A stretch of 64,000 nt of DNA from Eledone cirrhosa (Eukaryota), in the NCBI GenBank assembly GCA_964016885.1, contig OZ024740.1, forward strand, positions 326,182,001-326,246,000, given 5' to 3'. Position 1 is the stretch's first letter. Each line of letters begins with the position of its first letter. Positions 25,446-36,548 of this stretch are shown piece after piece. A program made the position numbers and the translations under genes. The notes under the pieces were generated by a model. That model saw only the letters and a program-made list of their open reading frames with translations, was not told the DNA's origin and searched no databases.

Positions 25446-25909
25446 ACATATTTGTCTGTTGGGCGCACAAGCAGAAGGACATGTTTTTCCTGCCAGCGGC
25501 TTTTCACAAAATCGAATTTCATCTGAGGATACCGTTCTCATAATAACAACAAATGCATGAATTACATCTTGATTGCATGGGAGAACTGTTGAAAAAATTA
25601 TAATGAATAAACGATTTATATAATATCAGCATCTTTCTTAATGTTATTATATACATATATATAAATAAATATATATATATATATATATATATGCAGACGG
25701 TTGGTGCAGTGCCCCTTACTGCTGCATTAGTGCGGCAGAAACTCGAGTCCGGGAACCATTATAGGCACCCGTTTCACGTGTGTTGTGTTGAAGCAAATAA
25801 CTATGTCTATACTCTGGGAATGTATCTTACATTGCCCATGGAGTACGCTGAGAGACAACTGGTACTGGCATTGATAAATATGCTGTGTCCGTCAACTCAT
25901 TATTATCAT

Positions 25910-25948
<39 letters not shown>

Positions 25949-25949
<1 letters not shown>

Positions 25950-26806
25950 TAGCTGCAGGACCCGATATTGCACGGGTGGTAGGAAACGTGAAATAGCAAC
26001 ACGCATATGCAAAGATTGAGGAATGTAGCTGTGTACCTTTTGAATTCCCTTATTCTCAGGGAATTATTGTTCATCTACTGGAAACGTAGAACACCAGCAG
26101 GCTTGAATCGTGAAACATCTGCATGCATGTGCAAAATCTGAAGAAAATTCAGCTGGATACTAAATCTTAGAGTATGATTTTTCTTCCGTTTGGAGAAAAT
26201 CGGTTAGGTACATTTCGAGTTTTATAGATTCGCCCCGTCATCCGGACAGACATCATCGGTTATGTCTATTGCACCTGCATGCATACTGTACAGAGTAAAG
26301 CCTGCAATGCTTGAGTAAGACATGTCATGCAACCGCACATCATGTTGGGCCTTCCCCACAGGAGACCATAGCCTCTTTGTAAAACTACCCAATCTGATAT
26401 AGACCGAACTGTTATATTGAAAATGAAAATGGCATGTAATGCCCAATGCTAATTCGTAAATTTCCTTGAAACCATTAATGGAATTGGAAATTCTTTTTGT
26501 CCACAGCAATGCGAGAGGACTAACTAATGTGTGCTGCAAATTTCGAGGAAATCGGCTGGATTATCTTTAAGTTACGCCTCAAAAAAGCCTAAAAAAAGCC
26601 TTTAAAATACGGTTTTTCGACTAATGCGGGCTAGAGGGTAGAAAAAGTTAAACATTTTCTAGGCCATTGCACCTCAAGAAATAAAAGTAACGCATGTGTA
26701 AAGTTTGAAAAAAATCGGTCAGGTACTTCTTGAGTTTTAGGGATTTACACAGACAAACACACAAACAGACAGACAGACGGACATCCTCTGTTTTATATAT
26801 ATATAT
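25949..26806 (-). mobile_element. Non-autonomous Helitron
   Basis: Minus-strand 3' end ACCCGTGCAATATCGGGT hairpin + CTAG. 5' end ATATATATAAAAC followed by a (GTCT)n microsatellite. Flanked by TA repeats. Confidence 0.75.
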
Positions 26807-26809
26807 TAT

Positions 26810-27470
26810 AGTAGAATAATCGAGTATCGAAAAATCGGCGCACGAGTTCACGATAAACAAAATTCGATATGAGCGGCAGAGGGCTCCATAATTTAGATAA
26901 ATCAGAGCTATAACTATCGTTAAAATACCGTCACACATAGAACAAGTCTATAATCAACCGTACGATCGAAAAGTTGCGATCTGGAAGATTCGGGACACTC
27001 AGATAAAAAATCAATAAATCAATAAATCAAATGAATGTAAAAAGCATACCCGGACCCGCTAGAAAGATGTTAAATCTAGCTTCTTGGGTTTCTGTAAATC
27101 CTTAAACTGTTCTCTATCAGCTCACATAAAAATATATAAGACTTCTAGATACCAGCGGACAGGAAATTTACTTCCTCAACGAGCTTTGTCCAAACGAATG
27201 AAAAGGCATAACCCAGGCTAAATACGCACATGGAATTCGGCAAGGGAGATAACCTCTATATCCGCGAAAAATATTCGGGAAAATGTGGAAATACACATAC
27301 CGAATAAGAGTGCTCAATAGACATATTAAAATAAACAGGAGCTATTCATCATTTAATAGAATCGACAAAAAATGAACAATAAAATTAACTGGTCAATAGC
27401 TGAGTCTAGAGCTAAATATAGTAGAATAATCGAGTATCGAAAAATCGGCGCACGAGTTCACGATAAACAT
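26810..27470 (+). mobile_element. Penelope-like fragment bounded by a ~50-bp direct repeat
   Basis: GTAGAATAATCGAGTATCGAAAAATCGGCGCACGAGTTCACGATAAACA at 26811 and 27421. Internal residual peptide LNRHI..NNKINWSIAE resembles the PLE GIY-YIG C-terminus. Confidence 0.5.
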
Positions 27471-28693
27471 ATATATATATACCTCTCATTTATATATAAA
27501 TATATATATATTAAATTAATAAACATTAGAGTTATCTTTTCCTTTAATAAAAGCTTGTTTACATTTCACCTATACGAGACATTCAAACTTTACATAAATG
27601 TTTAAATTTAAATTTATAACCTTATACAATAATAGATTATACATAATTGTTTCTACTTTAGGCACAAGGCCAGCAATTACCCAGTGCATTACTGGTACTT
27701 TATCTTCTCTATAAAAATATAATTATTTTCACATTCTTAAGCTATATATAGAAAATGCATATATATCTTCGCCTTGCATATCCTACCCGTTTTCAAAGTA
27801 AACAAAATCTATATTCACGCATAATACTATATTCACGCATACTAAATAAATTTTTTAATAACGTTATCCAATAATATCTTATACTACAATACACTATATT
27901 TATAACTGCACTCATCATAATATTGAAATGCACCCGCAAAATACATAGAATAGTATATATAAATACAGGGTATCTTTCACATATTAAATTAATAGTTCTC
28001 ATTTTAATACATTAATTTATAGTTCTCATCTTAATATTATAAATACTTCCACATTATAAAATTAAATAAATAAAAATAAATATAATTATTTCATTCTTTC
28101 TATACCCATGTAAATAAGTTTGGATGTATATAAGCATATTTCTATAAATATTCTGAAAGTAACTTTAAATATTTTTTTCTTCAATTTTAATAGCAAACCT
28201 CAAACATCAACATCAATGGATATTGCAAACTGGAAAGAGATAAGAATGACAGGTGTAAAATTGGTCAGCTGGAATTTGCAGACGACATGGGGTTACTTAA
28301 CTAAACAGAAGGTGATCCCTGAATTGCACTTGATAGGTTTGATGCCGAGTGCGGCAGTGCCATGGCTGGAATGAAAATCAGTGCTGCGAAAATTGAGACA
28401 CTTGTCTTCTCAAGGAATCCTACGCAGTGCACTCTACATGTGGAGTTCCATTGAAGCAGGTGGAGAAGTTCAGGTATCTTGGGGCAAGATTTGCATTGAA
28501 TGGTTTTGTTTTAGTACCATTTATTCAAACACAAATACTGAGGCATTCAGGGCAACAAAATCCCATACTCCTGCAGAACCTTCCACAACAGGTCCCTAGG
28601 AATGCGGTCACATGCCTTTTCAAGGTATAAAAGAGAAGAAGATACCTCTTGGCAATACACTTCTATATTCTATATTCTTTATATATATATATA

Positions 28694-31445
28694 CAGTGGG
28701 TCCTCGATATACGGTAGTTCTTTATCCGGTAAATTCTCAGATACGATTTGGGGTAATTACTACCATCAATTCTATTTACGTAAAAAAAATTCACAGAAAC
28801 GGTTTTGGGTAATTACTACCATCAATTCTATTTACGGTAAAAAAAAATTCACAGATACGGTTTTGGGTAATTACTACCATCAATTCTATTTACGTAAAAA
28901 AAATTCACAGATACGGTTTTGGGTAATTACTACCATCAATTCTATTTACGGTAAAAAAAAATTAACAGATACGGTTTTGGGTAATTACTACCATCAATTC
29001 TATTTACGGTAAAAAAAATTCACAGATACGGTTTTTGATCGTGTTTTGTTTATATTGTACCGTAGCGCCACCTGTAGTAAGCAATAAATTCCCCCTTGAA
29101 TTCGTGGAAACTGACTGCTATTCGAATTCTAGGAAAATTGTGTTAGTACTGCTATCGTACTAACTGAACTTACCGAGAAGCTGGCCAATCACAAGCGAGT
29201 TCAGATATTGATCGATGACGTCATAACCCTTAGCTGATTACTTCAGTTCGGCAAATTAGCGTGTCCTCTCGGTGAGAGAATTTTTGCCAAACTGAAGTGA
29301 TCAGTTAAAAGTTATGACGTTATTCAAAGTAAGAGAAAACCCGACGGCGTGTTTTTGAAGCATAATTATCACGGCATATCTTATAACCCCATATCTCATG
29401 GCCCCAAAATGCCCTGTGAATATTGGTGATGCAGATGGAAAGGCCAAACGCATGAGGAAGAGCCTGACTTTGGAGATAAAGCTGGACATTTTGAAAAGGA
29501 AGGAACAGGGGCAAGGTACGTCCGCCACAAGCCGTAACTTAGGTCTAGCCCAGTCTACAGTCTGGACTGTTTTAAAAAATAGTGAGGCTGTCAAAAAAAG
29601 CTGGGGAGAATACTACGAGTCTACAGAGTAAATTGTTGACCAAACATCATGAGCCGATTATGGATAGGATGGAAAGGTTGCTCAAAATTTGGATCGACGA
29701 CCAAAATCGTCAAAATATGCCTCTGTCTTTAAATGTAATCAGTGAGAAAGCATTGTCCATTATTGACAGGCTCAAGACTGAAATGGGGGGGGGGGGGGGG
29801 CTTTGTATTCAAGGCAAGCAAAGGCTGGTTTGATAAGTTCAAACAATGTTCGAGTCTTCACAACATAAAAGTTACAGGTGAGGCTGCCAGTTCCGACAAA
29901 GAGAGTGCTGAAAAATTCAAGGCAGAGTTAGAGAAATGCATTGCAGAGAAGGGGTACAGAAAAAAGCAGGTTATTAATTATGATGAAACAGGATTTTATT
30001 GGAAAAAGATGACCAGTAATACCAGTAATTGACAAGGAGGAGAAAAGTGCGAAGGGTTTCAAAGTCTCAAAGGACCGCGTTACTCTGTTACTTGGAAGGA
30101 ATGCAGAAGGAGATTTAAAGCTAAGGCCACTCATTATCTATCATTCTGAAACTCCAAGAGCACTCAAGGGGTTACTTAAGCAATACCTACCAGTGATATG
30201 GAAGTCTAATAAGAAGGCATGGCTGATCACTTCAATTCACCAGGATTTTTCACCTCATATCTGTCACCAACCCTTCAGGAATATGCATTAGCTAACAACA
30301 TTGCCAACCGTTTTCTGCTATCAGTGGACAACGCCCCCAGCCACCCACGGGCAATGGAAGACTGGTCAGAAAATATTGAGGTTTTGTTTCTCCCCCTCCC
30401 CCGCCAAACACCGCACCTCTCATTCAGCCGATGGATCAAACAGTCATCAAAACATTTAAGGCATACTACCAGCGGAGAACCATGCAGCAGCTGATAAAGG
30501 TTACAGATGGGCCTGACAAGCCCACGATCAGGGAATGGTGGAAATTGTACAACATCAAGCATGGCTTAGACAACATCAAGGCATCTTGGGAAGAAGTGAA
30601 GCAGTCTACCATGAACTTGGCCTGGAAGAAATTATGGCCAGCATGTGTGAATGACTTCCAAGGCTTTGCTGAGGACATTGGTGCGATAAAAAAAGATATT
30701 GTAAATCTCTGCCATAGAACTGGCTTCGATGGTGTTAATGATGATGATATGCAAGACTTTATGGAAAGCCACGCTGAACCACTTTCCAATGAGGAACTCA
30801 TAGAACTAGACAAGGCGATACAGGAGACAGAAAAGGAAGAAGAGGAGGACGAAGAACCTGTGCATGGCTTGGACATAAAAACTCTAAGAGAATGTCTCGG
30901 GAGTATCGAAACAATCTTAGAAACCCTGAAGGAACGTGACCCCCCAACCCTGCTAGGAGCAGCAAAGTGGCTCAAGATGTCGAGAAAAGCGTCAAGATTT
31001 ACCAAGAAATGTATGAAACCAAAAGAAACACCGCCAAACAGTCCTCCATCTACTCTTTCTTCAAGCCAGTCACACCTGCCAACCGTGCTACATCTGGCCC
31101 TTCAACATCCACTGCAGTCAACGAGTTTGTTGGTTTTGAGCCTCCTACATCACCTTCATCCTCCCCTGCCAACTCAGCCCAAGATGAGTAAGGGCTGAAA
31201 CCCATACTGTCCCTTAGCCTCGGGAGGGACAAATGAAGTGGCACATCACCTGATGCACTACGCGGCATGTGTAAGGTACAGTAAATTAAAAAAAAAACAT
31301 TATTTCTTTTCTGTAGGGATGACTTTTTCGATGTGCTGGAACGCATCCCTATCTATTTCATGTTTCAATGAGTTCTTTATACGGTAATTCGATATACGGT
31401 AAGGGTTTCAGGAACGCATATATACCGTATATCGAGGACTGACTG
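28694..31445 (+). mobile_element. pogo/Tigger DNA transposon, full length, transposase frameshifted (29398-~31191)
   Basis: TIRs CAGTGGGTCCTCGATATACGGTA / TACCGTATATCGAGGACTGACTG flanked by TA. HTH-psq (RKSLTLEIKLDIL), CENP-B HTH (FKASKGWFDKFK), catalytic NYDETG, VDNAPSH, QPMDQ. Absent from the unit 1 homologous TA tract at ~6080. Confidence 0.93.
28728..29035 (+). repeat. ~57-bp subterminal tandem repeat (about 5 copies) inside the Tigger left end
   Basis: GGTAAAAAAAATTCACAGATACGGTTTTGGGTAATTACTACCATCAATTCTATTTAC repeated. Confidence 0.9.
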
Positions 31446-31508
31446 TATATATATATATATATATTTATAGGAATAACCAAGGAGTGCTTAGAAATACATT
31501 GTTTTATT

Positions 31509-31555
31509 AGCTAACAGTGTTTCATCCATACACCATGACAGGAATCATCAGAGCC
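31509..31555 (-). ncRNA. Minimal type I hammerhead ribozyme
   Basis: Minus strand GGCT-CTGATGA-TTCCTGTCATGGTGTATGGAT-GAA-ACACTGT-T-AGCT. Short stem I, GUU triplet. Confidence 0.62.
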
Positions 31556-31691
31556 TATAAACATGAGTATATCAGTAGTTGCATGCTCCATCGAGCTGCG
31601 TCACCAATATATCTGCATGTCTGGGCATATTGATATATTTGTCAACGAAATATATATATATAGTTATGTAATAAACAACATAAGATAATTA

Positions 31692-31751
31692 TTTCATTTA
31701 CCAGTGGTTTCTTGAAAGCAACCAAAATTGCTTTCCTTCATCAGAATGAAA
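31692..31751 (-). ncRNA. Minimal type I hammerhead ribozyme
   Basis: Minus strand TTTCATT-CTGATGA-AG-GAAAGCAA-TTTTGG-TTGCTTTC-AA-GAA-ACCACTGGT-A-AATGAAA: 7-bp stem I, 8-bp stem II, GUA triplet. Confidence 0.75.
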
Positions 31752-31939
31752 AAATCCTGGTGTCTTTATTGACAGTGGATTTGAAAAACAAAAATATAAC
31801 AGATATGAAAGTGAGGCTGGAGGAAGAAAAAAAAAGGGGGGGGGGAATAATAAATAAGAATATATAACACACACGTACACACACACACATGTACACACAC
31901 ATGCACACACGCACGCACACTCACATATACATTATATAT

Positions 31940-32291
31940 ATCATCATCATTCATCATCATCATTTCATTTTACGTCCACTTTTCCCTGCTTGCAAGAGTG
32001 GGACGGAAACTGATTCTGGCTTGATTTCTACAGCTGGATGCCCTTCCTAACACCAACCTCATTTACAGTGAGTGCTGGGTGCTTTTTTGCCGTGGCACCT
32101 CCACGACCACTTTGCAGTGGAATGATAGGGACCGCAGTCCCTATCATCTCATTTCTACAGCTGAGTAAACTGGAGCAATGTGAAATAAAGTGTCTTGCTC
32201 AAGGAAACAACACATCACCCGGTCTGAGAATTGAACTCACAACCTTTCGATTGCAAGGCCAATGCTCTAACCACTAAGCCATGTGCCTCCA
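31940..32291 (-). mobile_element. tRNA/RTE-tail SINE copy
   Basis: Near-identical to 8383-8730 and 21833-22173. Confidence 0.85.
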
Positions 32292-32300
32292 TTAAGATAG

Positions 32301-32426
32301 ACTAAATATTGATTTCATTCAAGCTCTGCCATTCATAATAAATTAATATTATTTTTGATCGAATCACATCCATATTTAGAATAAGCTATTTCGCATGAAA
32401 TATAAGATTATTGAAAAATAGTCATG

Positions 32427-32502
<76 letters not shown>

Positions 32503-32628
32503 CATGACTATTTTTCAATAATCTTATATTTCATGCGAAATAGCTTATTCTAAATATGGATGTGATTCGATCAAAAATAATATTAATTTATTATGAATGG
32601 CAGAGCTTGAATGAAATCAATATTTAGT
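32301..32628. repeat. Perfect 328-bp palindrome centred on (TA)35
   Basis: 32301-32429 is the reverse complement of 32500-32628, and the spacer is itself palindromic. Confidence 0.9.
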
Positions 32629-32736
32629 TAATGGCATGATTTTGTCCGTCTTCTCTTACATATCACTAGTACGCATGATCAACCGAATATTAATGTCATT
32701 ATACCTCTGTAGTTGTTTTGAATTGAATCATACTGA

Positions 32737-35470
32737 CTCCAGTCAGATAGAATTTATCCTCATCAGAGGACGTGACAGGAGGACGGTCGTAAACACAAAA
32801 GCCTTCCCTAGTGAGGCATGTCCATCCCAACATAGCTTAGTTGTCAGCGACATCACGGTCAGAACTAGACGAACCTGGAAACAGAGGCCAACCTGGAGAA
32901 GAAAGATCTGGAAGCTGAAAGACCCCTCAACCAGTAACAGATTTAAAGATATTTTACTCAACGCCTACGACAGTAAAGAAGAACAGATAGAGACATTCAA
33001 TGTAGAAGAGAACTGGGAGTTCCTAAAAAATAATTTACTAGAGGCGACGGATGAGGTCTGTGGCTGGAGTAAGACCTCAAGCAGGAGGAGAGTGACTTGG
33101 TGGTGGAACAATAAGGTAGATGAAGCAGTTAAGGCCAAGAGACAGGCATGGAAAGAATGGAAGAACGGGGGGAGCAGGGTACATTACATAGAGACCAAGA
33201 GGGAAGCTAGGCGACAAGTATACTTAGCTAGGAGGGAAGCAGAGGATAGAAAATTCAAGCATGTTTTGCAACGTGAAGACCAGAAACAGGAGGTGTTCAA
33301 GATTGCGAGGCAGTGTGTCAGAGATAGTTGTGATGTCATTGGAGAGAAGTGTATCCGGAATGATAAAGGTGAGCTTGCCCTCACAAGTGCTGAGAAGAAA
33401 GATGCATGGAAGAGTCATTATGATAGATTACTAAATGAGGAGAATGCATGGGAAGAAGAGACCCTACCACAAGTAGACCCTATAGAGGGGCCAGTAGTAC
33501 AAGTCAGCAGCAACGTAGTAAGTAAGGCAATCAAAGATATGAAGATGGGGAAGGCAACCAGTCCATCGGGTATAGCTGCCGAGATGCTGAAGGCATCTGG
33601 GTCTGTAGGTCACACTATAACCACACGTATTGTTAACCAGGCAATACTAGAAGGTGTCATACCAAAAGATTGGTGCAGTAGCATCATTGTCAACTGCTAC
33701 AAAGGTAAAGGTGATGCACTAGATAGAGGAAACTATAGAGGTATAAAGTTGATGGACCAGGTCATGAAAATGACAGAAAGAGTTATAGCACAGTTGATTA
33801 GGGACCGGGTGAAAATAGACGAGATGCAATTTGGGTTTGTACCAGGAAGAGGCACCACTGATGCCCTCTTCCTTGTGAGGCAGTTACAGGAAAAGTACCT
33901 AGCTAAAAGTAAGCCACTCTACCTGGCATTTGTCGACCTTGAGAAAGCCTTTGACAGAGTTCCACGTGCTGTAATCTGGTGGGCTCTTAGAAAAATAGGA
34001 GTAGATGAATGGCTTGTGAAAGCGGTACAAGCTATGTATAGGGGAGCAGTCAGCAAAGTTAGGATTAGCAATGAGTATAGCGAGGAATTTAGCGTACAGG
34101 TTGGGGTCAACCAGGGCTCTGTTCTTAGCCCCCTCCTGTTCATCATAGTCCTGCAGGCAATAACGGAGGAGTTTAAGACCGGATGCCCATGGGAACTCCT
34201 GTATGCTGATGACCTCGCACTTATAGCTGAATCTATGGTAGAACTAGAGAATAAATTCCAAACTTGGAAGCAGGGACTAGAAAGAAAGGGTCTCAAAGTC
34301 AACATGACAAAGACTAAGGTCCTTGTAAGTAGACGAGAAAACAGAACCCAGATCCCCTCAGGGAAATGGCCTTGCTCAGTATGTAGCAAAGGTGTAGGTA
34401 GGAACTCCATTCTCTGCCCCAAATGCAAACAATGGGTACACAAGAGATGTAGCGGGATCTCAGGAAGCTTAATTAAGAATGTAGGCTTCACATGCAGCAG
34501 CTGTGCTGGGACAGCAAGCAGCAAACAGCCACAGGAAACAAGCACCACCAATCTCTGGGAGGGCTCTGTAGAAACAGTAGACAGCTTCTGCTACCTAGGT
34601 GACCGAATTAGCAGCCGAGGTGGGTGTTCAGAAAGTACAATAACTAGGGTAAGAACGGGATGGAAGAAGTTTAGGGAACTACTACCACTGCTAGCTGCAA
34701 AAGGCTTCTCCCTCAGAATGAAAGGCAGACTGTATGATGCGTGTATCCGAACAGCTATGTTGCATGGTAGTGAGACCTGGGCGCTGAAGGTGGAAGACTT
34801 ACGTGGATTAGAGAGAAACGAAGCCTGCATGCTCCGATGGATGTGTAACAGTAATATACGTGAATGACAAAGCATAAATGAATTGAGAGAGAGACTGAGC
34901 ATAAGAGGAATCAAATGCTGTGTGCAGGAGAGGCGGTTGCGCTGGTATGGACATGTGATGCGTATGAAGGATGACAGCTGCATAAAAAGGTGCAGAGCAC
35001 TAGAAGTCGATCGAAACCGCGGAGTGGGGAGACCCAAGATGACCTGGGATGAGGTGATAAAAGCCGACCATACCCAATTACACCTCTCAAAGGCAATGAC
35101 ACACAACCGTGACCTCTGGCGTCACGCAGTAATACAGAGTACCCGACCTCCCATGGGTACAAGCTGAAGCATATAGACAATATGCCCCCACACTCCCCAC
35201 CGCAAGGTGGTCGTGGAGGTGCCACGGCAAAAAAGCACCCAGCCCACACTGTAAAGTGGACGTGTAGGCGCCACGAAAAAGCACCCAGCACTCACTGTAA
35301 ATGAGGTTGGTGTTAGGAAGGGCATCCAGCTGTAGAAATCAAGCCAAATCAGTTCCTGTATGAGCAAGGCATGGTCAGCCGACCAGACTGCCCACAACAG
35401 GACAACCCGTCTAACCCATGCTAGCATGGAAGAACGGACGTAAAACGGTGATGATGATGATGATGATGAT
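32737..35470 (+). mobile_element. RTE-clade LINE, 5'-truncated, second subfamily; one premature stop (34865-34867)
   Basis: RT motifs FVDLEKAFDRV, QGSVLSPLLF, YADD. Cys-rich PHD-like insert CSVC..CPKCKQWVHKRC..CSSC. (GAT)n tail. Empty site ACTGA|TCCTTAG seen in unit 1 (~6355). Confidence 0.93.
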
Positions 35471-35563
35471 CCTTAGAATATTTCATTTAGCATGAAACAC
35501 AAAATTATATTTATCTTCTATAATATATACAGTATATTAGCAAATTCTGTCAACCCTTGTCTA

Positions 35564-36548
35564 TCTATATATATAAAACTGTGGTTGTCTGTCTGTCTAT
35601 CGATTTTTGGCACACATCTCCTCTTAGAATCTCTCACGGAATTGCACCGAAATTGCTATACTTGTACATTGAGCCCTAGCGAAGACATCGGAAAAAAAAT
35701 ATTTCAAATTGACCCACCCTATGTGACGAAATCGAATATAATGTATCGATTTTTGAGCGTAAGTTATCAGTTATTTCCCTTTGTTCTGTTTACATTGAGC
35801 GTCTTACGTAAAAAATTACGCTGGCTTTCTCAGCGTTTAAAATGACATTAACACAATACACGAACAGTTGTCGAGCCAGCAAAATATTGACCTGCAAAAT
35901 TCATCAGTTCGAACACTAAGCTTCCGTTTTGCTTCATTTCCATTTAAAAGCATTTTAAAACAATATTTTTACTTGAAAACAAGTCTATTTAAAGACTACG
36001 TAAAACAAGCAAATATTTCGTCGTTAGGCGTGCAGACAGACAGTCGTGCAGACAGACAGTCGTGCAGAGAGGTGATATACGCGTGCAGACAGATAGTCGT
36101 GCAGAGAGGTGATATAGGCGTGCAGACAGACAGTCGTGCAGAGAGGTGATATAGGCGTGCAGACAGACAGTCGTGCAGAGAGGTGATATAGGCGTGCAGA
36201 CAGACAGTCGTGCAGAGAGGTGATATAGGCGTGCAGACAGACATAACTGATAATTTGGTTACGCTAATGTTTTTCTCTGCGTTGCAGTGTTTACATTTTC
36301 GATCTTTGTTAATAAATAACCAGTGCAGTTTCTATCCCCAGCATCCTCTTTTGTTATAACATTCGGGTTATCGTTATGTTTTCTTAACTTCATAAGGCAT
36401 ATTGTTGGTTGAGGGAATATTAATCAAAAACACCACATGCAAGTCTGCACAGTAGACACTACAGTTTTTAAGCCAAGAAAGAAACTTAACATTGTAACTT
36501 TAACACAGCTACTGAGCGACCCCGAGCAACGCCGGGCTTTACTGCTAG
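35564..36548 (+). mobile_element. Non-autonomous Helitron containing a 37-bp minisatellite (36028-36241)
   Basis: 5' TC start, 3' hairpin CCCGAGCAACGCCGGG + CTAG. Inserted between A and T with no TSD (empty site GTCTA|TATAA at ~6435 in unit 1). Confidence 0.88.

Noticed and set aside
28602-29012. 136-aa repetitive ORF
   Set aside because: Translation of the Tigger subterminal tandem repeat.
32636-32736. N-terminal 33 aa of the 743-aa ORF
   Set aside because: This is flanking DNA (present at 6256-6355 without the RTE) that is in frame by chance with a 5'-truncated LINE.
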